From: Alphaproteobacteria bacterium MarineAlpha5_Bin5 | GTDB taxonomy: Bacteria; Pseudomonadota; Alphaproteobacteria; HIMB59; GCA-002718135 | Direction: 5' to 3' | NCBI GenBank assembly: GCA_002938205.1 | Contig: PTKZ01000002.1 | Span: 64,017 to 128,016 of the forward strand | Length of the DNA: 64,000 nucleotides | Shown here: one piece after another, positions 20,215 through 32,000 of the stretch | Numbering within the stretch: position 1 is the first letter of the stretch | Layout of the letters: every line of letters starts with the position of its first letter | Translations under genes and position numbers: made by a program | Notes under the pieces: model-generated | What the model saw: the letters and a program-made list of their open reading frames with translations, nothing else | The model's database searches: none | Told to the model about the DNA's origin: nothing

Positions 20215-20230
20215 GCCACATTCTTCATCT

Positions 20231-20316
20231 GGAGGGGTGGTCGAGTGGTTAAAGGCAGCGGACTGTAAATCCGCCCGCGTGAGCGTACGTAGGTTCGAAT
20301 CCTACCCCCTCCACCA
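20231..20316 (+). tRNA. tRNA-Tyr (anticodon GUA)
   Basis: 86 nt. Acceptor GGAGGGG/CCCCTCC, anticodon loop CTGTAAA, long variable arm, T-arm GTAGGTTCGAATCCTAC, encoded CCA. Confidence 0.95.
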
Positions 20317-20376
20317 CAACTTGGAGGTTGTAGTTAAAAGCAATGAAAGAGAGTGTGTGAGACAGTCAGTTTAAAA

Positions 20377-20450
20377 GCGGGTGTAGCTTAGTGGTAAAGC
20401 TCCAGCCTTCCAAGCTGGCTACGAGGGTTCGATTCCCTTCACCCGCTCCA
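20377..20450 (+). tRNA. tRNA-Gly (anticodon UCC)
   Basis: 74 nt. Acceptor GCGGGTG/CACCCGC, anticodon loop CTTCCAA, T-loop TTCGATT, encoded CCA. Confidence 0.95.
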
Positions 20451-20478
20451 ACTAAAACAAACTATTGGGGTAAAAAAA

Positions 20479-21669
20479 ATGGCTAAAGCAAAATTTGAAA
20501 GAACAAAACCACATTGTAACATTGGTACAATTGGTCATGTGGATCATGGAAAAACTACATTAACTGCAGCAATTACGAAAGTTTTGTCTGAGTCAGGAGG
20601 AGCTGAATTTACAGCATTTGATCAGATCGATAAAGCACCAGAAGAAAGAGAACGTGGAATTACTATTGCTACAGCTCATGTTGAGTACGAAACTGAAAAA
20701 AGACACTATGCTCACGTTGATTGTCCAGGACATGCTGATTATGTAAAGAACATGATTACAGGTGCAGCACAAATGGATGGAGCTATTTTGGTTGTTAATG
20801 CAGCTGACGGACCTATGCCTCAGACGCGTGAACATATTCTACTAGCAAGACAAGTGGGAGTTCCTGCTCTTGTTGTTTTTATGAATAAGATAGATCAAGT
20901 AGATGATAAAGAATTAGTTGATCTTGTTGAAATGGAATTAAGAGAACTTTTAACTTCTTATGAATTTCCTGGTGATACTACCCCTATCATTAAAGGATCA
21001 GCTCTAGCAGCTTTGGAAGGTAAAGATGATGAAAAAGGAAAAAATTCGATTTTAGAATTAATGAAAGCTGTTGATGAACACATACCTCAGCCTGATAGAC
21101 CAAAAGATAAACCTTTCTTAATGCCTGTTGAAGATGTTTTTTCAATTTCTGGAAGAGGAACAGTTGTTACAGGGCGTATTGAACAAGGTATTATAAAAGT
21201 TGGAGAAGAGATTGAAATATCGGGAATAAGAGATACACAAAAAACTACCTGTACCGGTGTAGAGATGTTTAGAAAACTTTTAGATTCTGGTGAAGCAGGA
21301 GACAATGTAGGTGTTCTTTTAAGAGGTACTAAAAGAGAAGAGGTTGAAAGAGGGCAAGTTTTAGCTAAGCCTGGATCAATAAAGCCTCATACTAAGTTTA
21401 AGGTTGAAGCATATGTTCTTAAAAAAGAAGAAGGTGGACGTCATACCCCTTTCTTTTCTAATTATAGACCTCAGTTTTATTTTAGAACAACAGATGTAAC
21501 TGGAACGATAAAACTGCCAGAAGGAACGGAAATGGTTATGCCTGGCGACAATATAACTATGGAAGTAACTTTGCTTTCTCCAATTGCTATGGACCAAGGT
21601 TTGAAATTTGCAATACGTGAGGGTGGTAGAACGGTTGGTGCAGGAGTAGTTGCTGAAATTATTGAATAG
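20479..21669 (+). CDS. tuf: Elongation factor Tu
   Basis: 396 aa with near-universal EF-Tu sequence ([45 protein letters not shown]). Confidence 0.98.
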   Translation: MAKAKFERTKPHCNIGTIGHVDHGKTTLTAAITKVLSESGGAEFTAFDQIDKAPEERERGITIATAHVEYETEKRHYAHVDCPGHADYVKNMITGAAQMDGAILVVNAADGPMPQTREHILLARQVGVPALVVFMNKIDQVDDKELVDLVEMELRELLTSYEFPGDTTPIIKGSALAALEGKDDEKGKNSILELMKAVDEHIPQPDRPKDKPFLMPVEDVFSISGRGTVVTGRIEQGIIKVGEEIEISGIRDTQKTTCTGVEMFRKLLDSGEAGDNVGVLLRGTKREEVERGQVLAKPGSIKPHTKFKVEAYVLKKEEGGRHTPFFSNYRPQFYFRTTDVTGTIKLPEGTEMVMPGDNITMEVTLLSPIAMDQGLKFAIREGGRTVGAGVVAEIIE

Positions 21670-21720
21670 TTTGTTGAGACCGTTCTATTAGTTTCTAAAC
21701 TGCTCAATTAATTTTAATTT

Positions 21721-21796
21721 AGGAGTGTAGCTCAACTGGTAGAGCACCGGTCTCCAAAACCGGGGGCTGCGGGTTCAAGTCCTGCCACTCCTGCCA
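21721..21796 (+). tRNA. tRNA-Trp (anticodon CCA)
   Basis: 76 nt. Acceptor AGGAGTG/CACTCCT, anticodon loop CTCCAAA, T-loop TTCAAGT, encoded CCA. Sits in the canonical position before secE. Confidence 0.95.
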
Positions 21797-21814
21797 TAAC
21801 TATAGTAAAAAAAT

Positions 21815-22030
21815 ATGAATACAGAAAAGAAAAAAACCTCACCAGCTTTATTTGTAAGACAAGTGAGACAAGAGTTACAAAAAGTAACATGGCCTCAAAA
21901 AAGAGACACGTTTGTTTCTTCAGCAATTGTAATTCTACTAATCATACTTTTTTCTTTGTTTTTTTTACTTACTGATCAGATTTGGTCGTTTTCAATCAAA
22001 AAAATTATTGAGATAGGTTCTGGGTTTTAA
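21815..22030 (+). CDS. secE: Preprotein translocase subunit SecE
   Basis: 71 aa with the FVRQVRQELQKVTWPQKRDT motif and a single C-terminal TM helix. Canonical tRNA-Trp-secE-nusG order. Confidence 0.85.
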   Translation: MNTEKKKTSPALFVRQVRQELQKVTWPQKRDTFVSSAIVILLIILFSLFFLLTDQIWSFSIKKIIEIGSGF

Positions 22031-22031
22031 T

Positions 22032-22565
22032 ATGATTAAATGTAGATGGTATGTATTGCACGCATATTCCGGATATGAGAAAAAGGTTGCTGATAGTATA
22101 TTAGACCAAGCGAGCAAACTTGGTATTTCAGAGCATATAGAAGAAATATCTGTACCTACGCAAAATATTGTTGAAGTAAAAAGAGGAGTAAGGATTAATA
22201 CAGAGCGTAAAATTTTTCCTGGATATATTTTGATTAAGATGAATTTAAATGATGATACTTGGCATATTATTAAAAATACACCAAAGTTAAGTGGTTTTTT
22301 AGGCAATAAAGGCCAACCAGTTCCCATAAGTAATGCTGAGGCTAAAAGAATTTCTGAACAAGTTATTGATGGTGCTGAAAAATCTAGACCGGCAGTAATG
22401 TATGATGTTGGAGAACAAGTTAAAGTTATTGATGGTCCATTTGCATCATTTAATGGAGAAATTGAGCAAATTGATGAAGAAAAAGCTAGATTAAGAGTTG
22501 CTGTTTCTATATTTGGCAGATTAACTCCAGTTGATTTAGAATATTCACAGGTTGAAAAGGTATAG
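22032..22565 (+). CDS. nusG: Transcription termination/antitermination factor NusG
   Basis: 177 aa with an NGN domain (RWYVLHAYSGYEKKV) and a KOW motif (GEQVKVIDGPFASFNGEI). Confidence 0.95.
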   Translation: MIKCRWYVLHAYSGYEKKVADSILDQASKLGISEHIEEISVPTQNIVEVKRGVRINTERKIFPGYILIKMNLNDDTWHIIKNTPKLSGFLGNKGQPVPISNAEAKRISEQVIDGAEKSRPAVMYDVGEQVKVIDGPFASFNGEIEQIDEEKARLRVAVSIFGRLTPVDLEYSQVEKV

Positions 22566-22581
22566 TTAAGGTAGAGGACAT

Positions 22582-23010
22582 ATGGCAAAAGAAGTACTTG
22601 GATTAATTAAATTACAAATTCCTGCTGGAGGAGCAAATCCTTCACCACCTGTTGGGCCAGCTTTGGGACAAAGAGGTTTAAATATAATGGAATTTTGTAA
22701 AGCATTTAATGACAAAACTAAAGAGTTAGAAAAAGGCGCGCCTATACCTGTAGTTATCACTGCTTATTCTGATAAGTCTTTTAAATTTATTACAAAGCTC
22801 CCTCCAGTAAGTTATTATCTAAAAAAAGCAGCTAAAATAAAAAAAGGAAATTCTACCCCAGGACGTTCATTGTTAGGAAAAGTAACTTCTGCAGATATCG
22901 AAAAAATTGCAAAACAAAAGATGGATGATCTAAATGCAATAAATTTAAAAGGAGCAATAAATATGGTTAAGGGGTCAGCAGTTTCAATGGGTATGGAGAT
23001 TATTAATTAA
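22582..23010 (+). CDS. rplK: 50S ribosomal protein L11
   Basis: 142 aa with the conserved [33 protein letters not shown]. Confidence 0.97.
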   Translation: MAKEVLGLIKLQIPAGGANPSPPVGPALGQRGLNIMEFCKAFNDKTKELEKGAPIPVVITAYSDKSFKFITKLPPVSYYLKKAAKIKKGNSTPGRSLLGKVTSADIEKIAKQKMDDLNAINLKGAINMVKGSAVSMGMEIIN

Positions 23011-23700
23011 ATGAAAAAAACTAAAAATAATAAAAAATTAATTGAAGTTATGGATATTGAAAAAGTTTATGAACCTCAAGAGGCTATAAAGTTATTAAAA
23101 CAACATTCTTATACTAAGTTCGAAGAAACTTTGGATGTGGCTATAAATCTTGGAATTGATCCAAATAAAACTGATCAAAATGTCAGAGGCATGATTATTT
23201 TACCAAAAGGCACAGGAAAAAAAATCAGAGTCGCTGTTATAGCCAAAGGTGATAAATCTGCTGAAGCTAAAGAAGCTGGAGCTGATATAATTGGAGAGAC
23301 AGATTTAGTTGAAACTATAACTTCTGGTAAAATTGAGTTTGATTTATTGATTGCTACACCTGATATGATGCCTTCAGTAGGAAAAGTTGCAAAAATATTA
23401 GGTCCCAAAGGACTTATGCCTAATCCGAAACTTGGAACTGTTACACAAGATATTAAGACTGCTATAAGAAATGCAAAATCTGGTCAAGTGCAATATAAAA
23501 ATGACAAGGCCGGTATTATACATGCAGGAATTGGAAAAATGAATTTTAATGAAGATGATCTAGTAGAAAATTTAAAAGCATTTTGTTCATCAATTAATAA
23601 AAATAAACCTGATGCTGTTAAAGGATCATTTATAAAAAAAGTTACCATAGCTTCAACTATGGGTGTTGGGCTAAAAATTAACACATCAAGTTTGCGTTAA
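23011..23700 (+). CDS. rplA: 50S ribosomal protein L1
   Basis: 229 aa with L1 signature regions (FEETLDVAINLGIDP, PKGTGKKIRVAV, LGPKGLMPNPK). Confidence 0.97.
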   Translation: MKKTKNNKKLIEVMDIEKVYEPQEAIKLLKQHSYTKFEETLDVAINLGIDPNKTDQNVRGMIILPKGTGKKIRVAVIAKGDKSAEAKEAGADIIGETDLVETITSGKIEFDLLIATPDMMPSVGKVAKILGPKGLMPNPKLGTVTQDIKTAIRNAKSGQVQYKNDKAGIIHAGIGKMNFNEDDLVENLKAFCSSINKNKPDAVKGSFIKKVTIASTMGVGLKINTSSLR

Positions 23701-23876
23701 TTTTAGTTCAATAGATAATCGAAAGATTATCACCTGTCAAAGACTGCAGGAGCTTCGGCTTAATTTCCTGCATAGACTGAAGCGAGTCATTGATTGGCTT
23801 CTTGACAGGCTTGTCTTAGTTTGATTAGCAAACTAATGACAGCTAACTATAGGTTTAAAAACCTAGATAAACCGGA
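23701..23876 (+). promoter_or_regulatory. Structured rplJ (L10) leader, probable L10(L12)4 autoregulatory RNA
   Basis: 176-nt spacer, unusually long and GC-richer for this genome. It contains a GNRA hairpin GATAATC-GAAA-GATTATC (23714-23731) and a UUCG hairpin AGC-TTCG-GCT (23751-23760) nested in TGCAGG/CCTGCA. Long-range pairing CCTGTCAA (23733-40) with TTGACAGG (23812-19) is possible. Further hairpins lie before the SD. Confidence 0.6.
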
Positions 23877-24404
23877 GTGAAAGTGAATCGTTCTGAAAAG
23901 AAAGATTTTGTAGAAAATCTGAAGAATGAATTTAATAATTCATCATCAGTAATTGTTGCTCATTATTCAGGATTAACTGTGAATCAAGTAGAAGATCTTA
24001 GAAAAGAAATGAGAAATAATGGAGCAAAATTTAAAGTAACAAAGAACAGACTCGCCAAGCTTGCTTTAGAAGGTACTCAATTTAAAGATATTGTTAATTT
24101 GTTTAGTGGTCCAACAGCGATTGCTTATTCAAATGATCCTGTGGCTCCTGCAAAAGTAGCTGTAAATTTTGAAAAAAAATTTGAAAATTTCAAAATCATA
24201 GGAGGGGGTTATGAAGGCGAAAAAATTGATTTAGATAAAATTAATTTTCTTGCTACTTTACCGTCAATTGATGAATTAAGAGGAAAGCTAATAGGGTTAA
24301 TTATGACACCCGCTCAAAAAATTGCTTTTGCAATAAAAGAACCAGGTGCTCAATTAGCTAGGTTAGTAAGTATGCGAAGTAGTAAATTGGAAGAGTCTAA
24401 ATAG
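23877..24404 (+). CDS. rplJ: 50S ribosomal protein L10
   Basis: 175 aa with a GTG start and L10 sequence features ([22 protein letters not shown]). Lies between rplA and rplL. Confidence 0.95.
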   Translation: MKVNRSEKKDFVENLKNEFNNSSSVIVAHYSGLTVNQVEDLRKEMRNNGAKFKVTKNRLAKLALEGTQFKDIVNLFSGPTAIAYSNDPVAPAKVAVNFEKKFENFKIIGGGYEGEKIDLDKINFLATLPSIDELRGKLIGLIMTPAQKIAFAIKEPGAQLARLVSMRSSKLEESK

Positions 24405-24427
24405 GTTTAAGTAAGGAGAAAATAATA

Positions 24428-24808
24428 ATGGCTGATTTAAATAAAATTGTAGATGAATTATCATCTTTATCAGTAATTGAAGCTGCTGAATTGAGCAAAC
24501 TACTTGAAGAAAAGTGGGGTGTTTCTGCAGCCGCACCTGTAGCTGCTGTAGCTGCAGCTCCTGCTGCTAGTGGGGAAGCTGCTGCGGCTGAGGAAAAATC
24601 AGATTTTGATATAGTACTTGCAGAATCAGGTTCGAACAAGATAGCTGTAATCAAAGAAGTTAGAACAATTACAGGTCTCGGTCTTAAGGAAGCTAAAGAT
24701 TTGGTTGAGGGAGCTCCTAAGCCACTAAAACAAGGCGTTCCAAAAGCTGAGGCTGAAGAAATGAAAAAAGCACTTGAAGCAGCTGGTGCAAAAGTAGAAT
24801 TAAAATAA
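24428..24808 (+). CDS. rplL: 50S ribosomal protein L7/L12
   Basis: 126 aa with an Ala-rich hinge and a conserved C-terminal domain ([28 protein letters not shown]). Confidence 0.97.
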   Translation: MADLNKIVDELSSLSVIEAAELSKLLEEKWGVSAAAPVAAVAAAPAASGEAAAAEEKSDFDIVLAESGSNKIAVIKEVRTITGLGLKEAKDLVEGAPKPLKQGVPKAEAEEMKKALEAAGAKVELK

Positions 24809-24813
24809 TTTTG

Positions 24814-24843
24814 TAGATCTCCGATTTTTCGGAGATCTATTTT
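24814..24843 (+). terminator. Intrinsic terminator/attenuator between rplL and rpoB
   Basis: Perfect 11-bp stem TAGATCTCCGA / TCGGAGATCTA with a TTTT loop, followed by a T-run. It occupies the position of the known rplL-rpoB attenuator of other bacteria. Confidence 0.7.
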
Positions 24844-24867
24844 AAACTATTATTAAAGGGTGCGAAT

Positions 24868-27800
24868 ATGAGTCTTGACTATATTAATTCAAAAAAAATT
24901 AGAAAATCTTTTGGGAAAATTCCTCTAGTAACATCTTTACCAAATTTAGTAGAGGTGCAAAAAAGATCATTTGACAATTTTTTACAACTTAAGGTTGACT
25001 CTGACAAAAAAGAAAATAGCGGTCTTCACGCTATATTTAAATCAGTTTTTCCTATTAATGATTATACTGAAAGAGCAACAGTTGATTATGTTAGTTATGA
25101 AATAGGCATTCCCAAGTATGAAGTAGATGAGTGTTCACAAAGAGGAATGACATATGGCGCACCATTGTTAGTTAATTTTAGGTTAATAATTTGGGATATA
25201 GATGAAATAGCAGGAACAAAATCTGTTAGAGATATAAAAGAGCAGGAAGTATATATGGGTGATATTCCTTTAATGACAAAAAATGCTACTTTTGTTGTTA
25301 ACGGTACAGAAAGAGTAGTTGTAAGTCAAATGCATAGATCTCCTGGAGTATTTTTTGATCATGATTTTGGCAAAACTCATACCAGCGGTAAATTTTTGTT
25401 TAATGCTAGAATAATACCTTACAGAGGATCATGGTTAGATTTTGAACACGATGCTAAAAATAATATTCATGCTAGAATTGATCGTAAAAGAAAATTTCCT
25501 GTTACAACTTTATTCAAATGCTTACTTAGCAAGAAATCTGAAGAGTACATAATCGAATGCGATGAAAAAAAAGTAGAACCAGATCAAAAAAGAATATTGG
25601 GTATGACAGCAGAAGAAATTCTTTCTGTTTTTTATGAAAATATTCTTTATAAAAAAAATGACTTTGGTTGGCAATTCAAAGAAGATTTAAATTTTTTTAG
25701 AGGCAAAATTTTAAACTACGATCTTTTAGATTCAAAAAATGGTAAAGTTATCATTAGTAAAGGAACAAAAGCTACTCAAAAATTAATTAATGAGCAAAAA
25801 AAGAAAAATATTACAAATATTACAATTGATGAATCTTCACTAATTGGTCACTATCTAGCATCTGATTTAATTGATGAAAAAACTGGTAAAATATTTTATG
25901 AAGCAGGTTTCGAAATTGATGAAGAATTTATAAGTTTCATTAATTCAAATAAGATAAGTAAAATAGATATTTTAAAAGTAGATAATATTGAAATTGGATC
26001 CTATATTAGAAGTACTTTGCAATTAGATAAAGCAAGATCAAGGGAAGAAGCTTTATTTGAAGTATTTAAAATACTAAGACCAGGAGAACCACCAACAATA
26101 GAAACAGCTGAACTTCTTTTTAATAATTTATTTTATAATGCAGATAGATATGACCTTTCTTCTGTTGGAAGATTAAAAATAAATGCAAAATTTAAAAAAG
26201 ATACTTTTATAGAAAAAAGAATTTTAGACAAAAGTGATATTATTGATGTTGTTCAGCATATGCATAATTTAATTGATGGCAAAGGTGATATAGATGATAT
26301 CGATCATTTAGCTAATAGAAGAGTACGTTCTGTTGGTGAATTGTTAGAAAATCAATACAGAGTTGGGTTGCTTAAGATGGATCGAGCAATAAAAGAAAGG
26401 CTTAGCTCTCTTGAAGTTGATAACATTATGCCCCAGGACATTATTAATTCAAAGCCTGTTGCAGCTTCTATAAAGGAATTTTTTGGAACAAGTCAGTTGA
26501 GTCAGTTTATGGATCAAACAAATCCGTTAAGTGAAATTACTCACAAAAGAAGGGTTTCAGCTTTAGGTCCAGGAGGCTTAAATCGTGAAAGAGCAGGTTT
26601 TGAAGTTAGAGATGTTCATCAAACTCACTACGGTCGTATATGTCCAATTGAAACTCCTGAAGGAGCAAATATAGGCTTAATAAATAGTCTTGCTTCATAC
26701 TCCAGAATAAACCAATATGGCTTTATTGAAACTCCATACAGGATAGTATCTAATGGTAAGGTTACAGAAAAAGTAATTTATTTAAGTGCGATTAATGAAG
26801 AAGATTTTGTTATTGCACAGGCAAATTCTGAAGTTGATGATAATGGTAAATTTATAAATTCAGTTGTTAGTTGTAGACAAAATGGAGAATTTATAAATGC
26901 AGAAGTAGAAGCGATAGATTTAATGGATGTATCTCCTCAGCAATTAGTTTCCGTAGCATCGTCTTTAATTCCTTTTCTTGAAAATGATGATGCTAATAGA
27001 GCTTTGATGGGTTCAAATATGATGAGACAGGCAGTACCTCTAATTAGGCCAAAAGCACCTTTAGTAGGAACAGGAATGGAATTTACAGTTGCTAAAGATA
27101 GTGGATCAACAGTTGTGGCAAAAAGAGAAGGCGTTGTTGATCAACTTGATGCAAACAGAATAGTAATTAGAGTCACTGATAAAAAGGATAGTTCTTTAAA
27201 CAAAATTGATATTTATAATTTGTTAAAATTCCAAAGATCAAATCAAAATACATGCATAAATCAAAAACCATTAGTAAATGTTGGTGATAAAGTAACTAAA
27301 AATCAAGTAATAGCAGATGGACCAGCTACCGAATTAGGAGAATTAGCACTTGGTAGAAATGTTTTAGTCGCTTTCATGCCATGGAATGGTTATAATTTTG
27401 AAGATTCAATTCTAATTTCAGAAAAAGTTGTTCAAGAAGATGTTTTCACGTCAATTCATGTTGAGGAATTTGAAGTCATGGCTCGAGATACAAAATTAGG
27501 CCCTGAAGATGTTACAAGAGATATTCCAAATGCTAGCGAAGAAATGTTAGTTAATTTAGATGAAACAGGTATAGTTTACGTAGGAGCAGAAGTGGCTTCT
27601 GGAGATATTCTAGTAGGCAAGGTTACTCCAAAAGGAGAGTCTCCAATGACTCCTGAAGAAAAGCTTCTAAGAGCTATTTTTGGAGAAAAGGCAGCAGACG
27701 TAAAGGACACAAGCTTAAGAGTTCCCCCAGGCGTAAAAGGTACTGTTGTTGAAATAAGAGTATTTTCAAGAAGAGGAATTGAAAAAGACGAAAGAGCTAT

Positions 27801-29076
27801 TAGTATTGAAAATTCGCAAATTGAAATGATTTCTAGAGATAGAGATGACGAACTTGATATACTTAAAAAGAGTTTTGGGAATCATTTAAAAGAACTACTT
27901 ATTGGAAAAAAATATATTTCTGGCTCAAAGGTTTTTACAAAAAATACAAAATTAACTTTTGAAGAATTAGATAAATTAAATGTGAATGAATTAATTGACA
28001 TTAATATAGATGATGAAAAATCTACAACACAAATTGAGCTATTAATAAAAAATTATGAAAATCAATTGGGAAATATTAATCAGAAATTTGAAAATAAAAT
28101 TGACAAAATTCAAAGTGGAGATGAACTACTTCCTGGAGTACTTAAATTAATTAAAGTCTTTGTTGCTGTAAAAAGAAAACTACAACCTGGTGACAAAATG
28201 GCTGGCAGACATGGTAACAAAGGAGTAATTTCTAAAATTTGTCCTGTTGAAGATATGCCTTATCTTGAAGATGGTAGACCTATCGACATTGTATTAAATC
28301 CTTTAGGTGTTCCAAGCCGCATGAATATTGGCCAAATCTTAGAGACGCATCTAGGTTGGGCTTCTGCATCCTTAGGTAAACAAGTTAATGAAATGATTTC
28401 AAAAATGCAAATAGAAGGTCAGACTGATGATTTAAAAAAAGTATTATTAAAAATATATGACAAAGATGATCACAAAAAAATAATCAATACAATGAATGAA
28501 GATGAAGTTTTGGAGTTAGGAGAAAATTTAAAAGAAGGAGTTCCTTTTGCAACGCCGGTTTTTGATGGAGCAAAAGAAAAAGATATTACATCACTTTTAA
28601 GTGATTCTGGTGTTTCAAAAACAGGTCAAGAGGTTTTGTATGATGGTGTTACAGGAGAAAAATTTGAGAGACCTGTTACTGTAGGATATGTTTATATGCT
28701 AAAATTACATCATTTAGTTGATGAGAAAATTCATGCAAGGTCAATTGGTCCTTATAGTTTAGTAACGCAACAACCTTTAGGTGGTAAAGCACAATTTGGT
28801 GGTCAAAGGTTTGGTGAGATGGAAGTTTGGGCTCTTGAAGCTTATGGAGCTGCATATACACTTCAAGAAATTTTAACTATTAAATCTGATGATGTTGCTG
28901 GAAGAACAAAAGTGTACGAATCTATTGTTAAAGGTGATAACAATTTCGAGTCTGGAACACCAGAATCTTTCAATGTAATGGTAAAAGAACTCAGGTCACT
29001 TGGTCTTAATTTGCAGTTTAAAGAAAATTTAGAAGAAAAAAATCAAATAGAAACAATGGTAGGCAGAAATGAATAA
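24868..29076 (+). CDS. rpoB: DNA-directed RNA polymerase subunit beta
   Basis: 1402 aa with universal beta-subunit blocks ([49 protein letters not shown]). Confidence 0.99.
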   Translation: MSLDYINSKKIRKSFGKIPLVTSLPNLVEVQKRSFDNFLQLKVDSDKKENSGLHAIFKSVFPINDYTERATVDYVSYEIGIPKYEVDECSQRGMTYGAPLLVNFRLIIWDIDEIAGTKSVRDIKEQEVYMGDIPLMTKNATFVVNGTERVVVSQMHRSPGVFFDHDFGKTHTSGKFLFNARIIPYRGSWLDFEHDAKNNIHARIDRKRKFPVTTLFKCLLSKKSEEYIIECDEKKVEPDQKRILGMTAEEILSVFYENILYKKNDFGWQFKEDLNFFRGKILNYDLLDSKNGKVIISKGTKATQKLINEQKKKNITNITIDESSLIGHYLASDLIDEKTGKIFYEAGFEIDEEFISFINSNKISKIDILKVDNIEIGSYIRSTLQLDKARSREEALFEVFKILRPGEPPTIETAELLFNNLFYNADRYDLSSVGRLKINAKFKKDTFIEKRILDKSDIIDVVQHMHNLIDGKGDIDDIDHLANRRVRSVGELLENQYRVGLLKMDRAIKERLSSLEVDNIMPQDIINSKPVAASIKEFFGTSQLSQFMDQTNPLSEITHKRRVSALGPGGLNRERAGFEVRDVHQTHYGRICPIETPEGANIGLINSLASYSRINQYGFIETPYRIVSNGKVTEKVIYLSAINEEDFVIAQANSEVDDNGKFINSVVSCRQNGEFINAEVEAIDLMDVSPQQLVSVASSLIPFLENDDANRALMGSNMMRQAVPLIRPKAPLVGTGMEFTVAKDSGSTVVAKREGVVDQLDANRIVIRVTDKKDSSLNKIDIYNLLKFQRSNQNTCINQKPLVNVGDKVTKNQVIADGPATELGELALGRNVLVAFMPWNGYNFEDSILISEKVVQEDVFTSIHVEEFEVMARDTKLGPEDVTRDIPNASEEMLVNLDETGIVYVGAEVASGDILVGKVTPKGESPMTPEEKLLRAIFGEKAADVKDTSLRVPPGVKGTVVEIRVFSRRGIEKDERAISIENSQIEMISRDRDDELDILKKSFGNHLKELLIGKKYISGSKVFTKNTKLTFEELDKLNVNELIDINIDDEKSTTQIELLIKNYENQLGNINQKFENKIDKIQSGDELLPGVLKLIKVFVAVKRKLQPGDKMAGRHGNKGVISKICPVEDMPYLEDGRPIDIVLNPLGVPSRMNIGQILETHLGWASASLGKQVNEMISKMQIEGQTDDLKKVLLKIYDKDDHKKIINTMNEDEVLELGENLKEGVPFATPVFDGAKEKDITSLLSDSGVSKTGQEVLYDGVTGEKFERPVTVGYVYMLKLHHLVDEKIHARSIGPYSLVTQQPLGGKAQFGGQRFGEMEVWALEAYGAAYTLQEILTIKSDDVAGRTKVYESIVKGDNNFESGTPESFNVMVKELRSLGLNLQFKENLEEKNQIETMVGRNE

Positions 29077-32000
29077 AGAACTAGTAAATATCTTTAATCA
29101 GAATTTAGGAATACAAAATTTTAATAGTTTGAAGATAGCAATAGCTAGTCCTGAGGATATTAGATCTTGGTCTTTTGGGGAAATTAAAAAACCTGAAACA
29201 ATTAATTATAGAACATTCAAACCTGAAAAAGACGGTTTATTTTGCTCAAGAATATTTGGACCTGTTAAAGATTATGAATGTTTATGTGGAAAATACAAAA
29301 GAATGAAGTTTAGAGGAATTATATGTGAGAAATGTGGTGTTGAAGTAACGTTATCGAAAGTCAGAAGAGATAGAATGGGTCATATCGAGTTAGCTGCTCC
29401 TGTTTCACACATATGGTTTATGAAATCATTACCAAGTAGGATAGCTACACTGCTTGATATGACAATAAAAAATTTAGAAAAAGTATTATATTTTGAGCAG
29501 TTTATAGTTGTTGAGCCGGGTTTAACTGATTTAAAAAAAGGTGATATTATTACTGAAGATCAATACATTGATTATCAAGATGAATATGGTGAAGATTCTT
29601 TCAGCGCCGCCATTGGAGCGGAAGCTATTGAACAAATGTTAATAAATATTGATCTTGAGTCAGATTTTAATCAAACTAAAAATGAATTATCAGAAACTAA
29701 ATCCGAATTAAAAAAAACTAAATTAACTAAAAGATTAAAATTGTTAGAATCTTTTATTATTTCAAAAAATAAACCAGAGTGGATGATTTTAAGAGTTTTA
29801 CCAGTCATTCCTCCAGAATTGAGACCACTAGTGCCTTTGGATGGTGGAAGATTTGCTACTAGTGATTTAAACGATCTTTATAGAAGAGTAATAAATAGAA
29901 ATAATCGATTAAAACGTCTTATAGATCTTAGAGCTCCTGATATTATTATAAGAAATGAAAAAAGAATGTTGCAAGAGTCTGTTGATGCGCTTTTTGATAA
30001 TGGCAGACGTGGTAGAGTGATCACTTCTACTAACAAAAGACCACTAAAGTCATTATCAGATATGCTTAAAGGTAAGCAGGGAAGATTTAGGCAGAATTTA
30101 TTAGGTAAAAGAGTTGATTATTCAGGTAGATCAGTAATTGTTGTTGGACCAAATTTGAAATTGCATCAATGTGGATTGCCAAAAAAGATGGCATTAGAAT
30201 TATTTAAACCATTTATATTTCATAAATTAGATATTTATGGTTGGGCTAATACAATTAAAGCTGCAAAAAAATTAGTTGAAAAAGAAGATCCAAGAGTATG
30301 GGATATTCTTGAAGAAGTTATTAGAGAACATCCAGTATTGTTAAATAGAGCGCCAACACTTCATAGGCTAGGAATACAAGCTTTTGAACCAGTTTTAATA
30401 GAAGGTAAATCAATTCAATTACATCCATTAGTTTGTACAGCTTTTAATGCTGATTTTGATGGAGATCAAATGGCAGTACATGTTCCTTTAAGTTTAGAAG
30501 CTCAACTTGAAGCAAGAGTGTTAATGATGAGTACTAATAATATATTATCACCATCTAGTGGAAAACCTATAATTGTTCCTTCGCAAGATATCGTATTGGG
30601 TATTTATTATCTTTCAATAATAAGACCTAATCAGAAAGGTGAAGGTAGATATTTTATTGATACAAATGAAATTCTCAAAGCAATAGAAACTAAATCTATA
30701 ACGCTTCATACAAAAATTTATGCAAGAGTTAAAAATTTTGATGAAAGTTATTCTAAAATTGAAACAACACCAGGAAGAATGATTCTAGCCGATGCTTTGC
30801 CTAATAATAAAAAAATTAATTTTGGTATCATCAACAAAGTTCTTACTAAAAAAGAAGTAAGCAATATAATTGATACTGTTTACAGATTTTGTGGACAAAA
30901 AGAAACTGTGCTTTTTGCTGATCATATTATGCAAATAGGGTTTAAATATGCTGCAATAGCTGGGATATCATTTGGAAAAGATGATTTGATAATACCTGAA
31001 GATAAACAAACACTTTTAGATGAAACACAGAAAAGAGTTCAAGAGTATGAAGATCAATATCAAGATGGTTTGATTACGCAAGGCGAAAAATATAACAAAG
31101 TTGTAGATGCATGGTCTGATTGTACAAACAAAGTTGCAGATAAGATGCTAGAAGTAATTTCTACCCCGGCAGATGATCAGCCTATTAACTCAGTTTATAT
31201 GATGGCACATTCTGGAGCTAGAGGTTCAGCTGCACAACTTAAGCAATTAGCAGGTATGAGAGGTTTAATGGCAAAACCCTCAGGTGAAATTATTGAAAAT
31301 CCTATTAAATCTAATTTTAAAGAAGGATTATCTGTCCTTGAATATTTCACTTCTACCCATGGAGCAAGAAAGGGGTTAGCAGATACAGCTCTTAAAACAG
31401 CTAGTAGTGGTTATCTTACAAGAAGACTTGTGGATGTTGCTCAAGATGCTGTAATTAGAGAAATAGACTGCAATACAACAAACGGTGTTTTAGTTGAAGA
31501 GATAGTAGAATCAGGAAACATAACTTCTCCTTTAACTGAGAGAGTTTTAGGAAGAACACCAACAGTTGATTTAATAGATGAGAATAATAATATTTTAATT
31601 AAAGCTGGACAAATTATTGAAGAGAAACATTTAGAGCAAATTGTTAAATTGGGTTTAAGATCTTTAAAAATCAGATCAGTATTAACTTGTGAAACAGAAG
31701 ATGGGATATGTTCTAAATGTTATGGAAGAGATTTAGCAAGAGGTACATCAGTTAATATTGGTGAGGCAGTTGGAATAATAGCTGCTCAATCTATTGGAGA
31801 ACCAGGGACTCAGCTAACTATGAGAACATTTCATATAGGTGGAGCTGCTAGTTCTTCAGTAGAACAATCTAATGCTTTATCTCCAATTGACGGTGAAGTT
31901 AAACTTGAAAGCATAAGAATAATTAAAGATAAGTCAGGTAATAACATTGTTTTAAGTAGAAGCGGAAAAATTAACATATTATATAAAAATGATGAAAAAT

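Noticed and set aside
20593-21707. Several 70-80-aa minus-strand ORFs within tuf. Similar short alternative-frame ORFs occur inside dxs, fdsB, fdsA, rpoB, rpoC, rplA, rplB, rplP, secY, rpoA, rplQ, mgtE, the ROK kinase, the M24 gene and the ABC genes.
   Set aside because: All lie wholly inside confidently identified genes and have no conserved motifs. They are the expected background from six-frame ORF calling.
21732-21926. 64-aa minus-strand ORF overlapping tRNA-Trp and secE
   Set aside because: It overlaps a canonical tRNA and the secE coding region, so it is spurious.
21992-22588. 198-aa ORF on the minus strand spanning all of nusG
   Set aside because: It is the antisense shadow of a highly conserved, strongly codon-biased gene. 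The product is low-complexity Ser/Leu/Ile/Thr/Cys-rich with no recognisable motif, start context or RBS. A long stop-free antisense frame is notable in AT-rich DNA but is explained by the codon usage of the sense gene.
24397-24654. 85-aa Ala/Ser-rich minus-strand ORF
   Set aside because: It is the mirror image of the alanine-rich hinge of rplL (GCT/GCA repeats read as AGC/TGC on the other strand).
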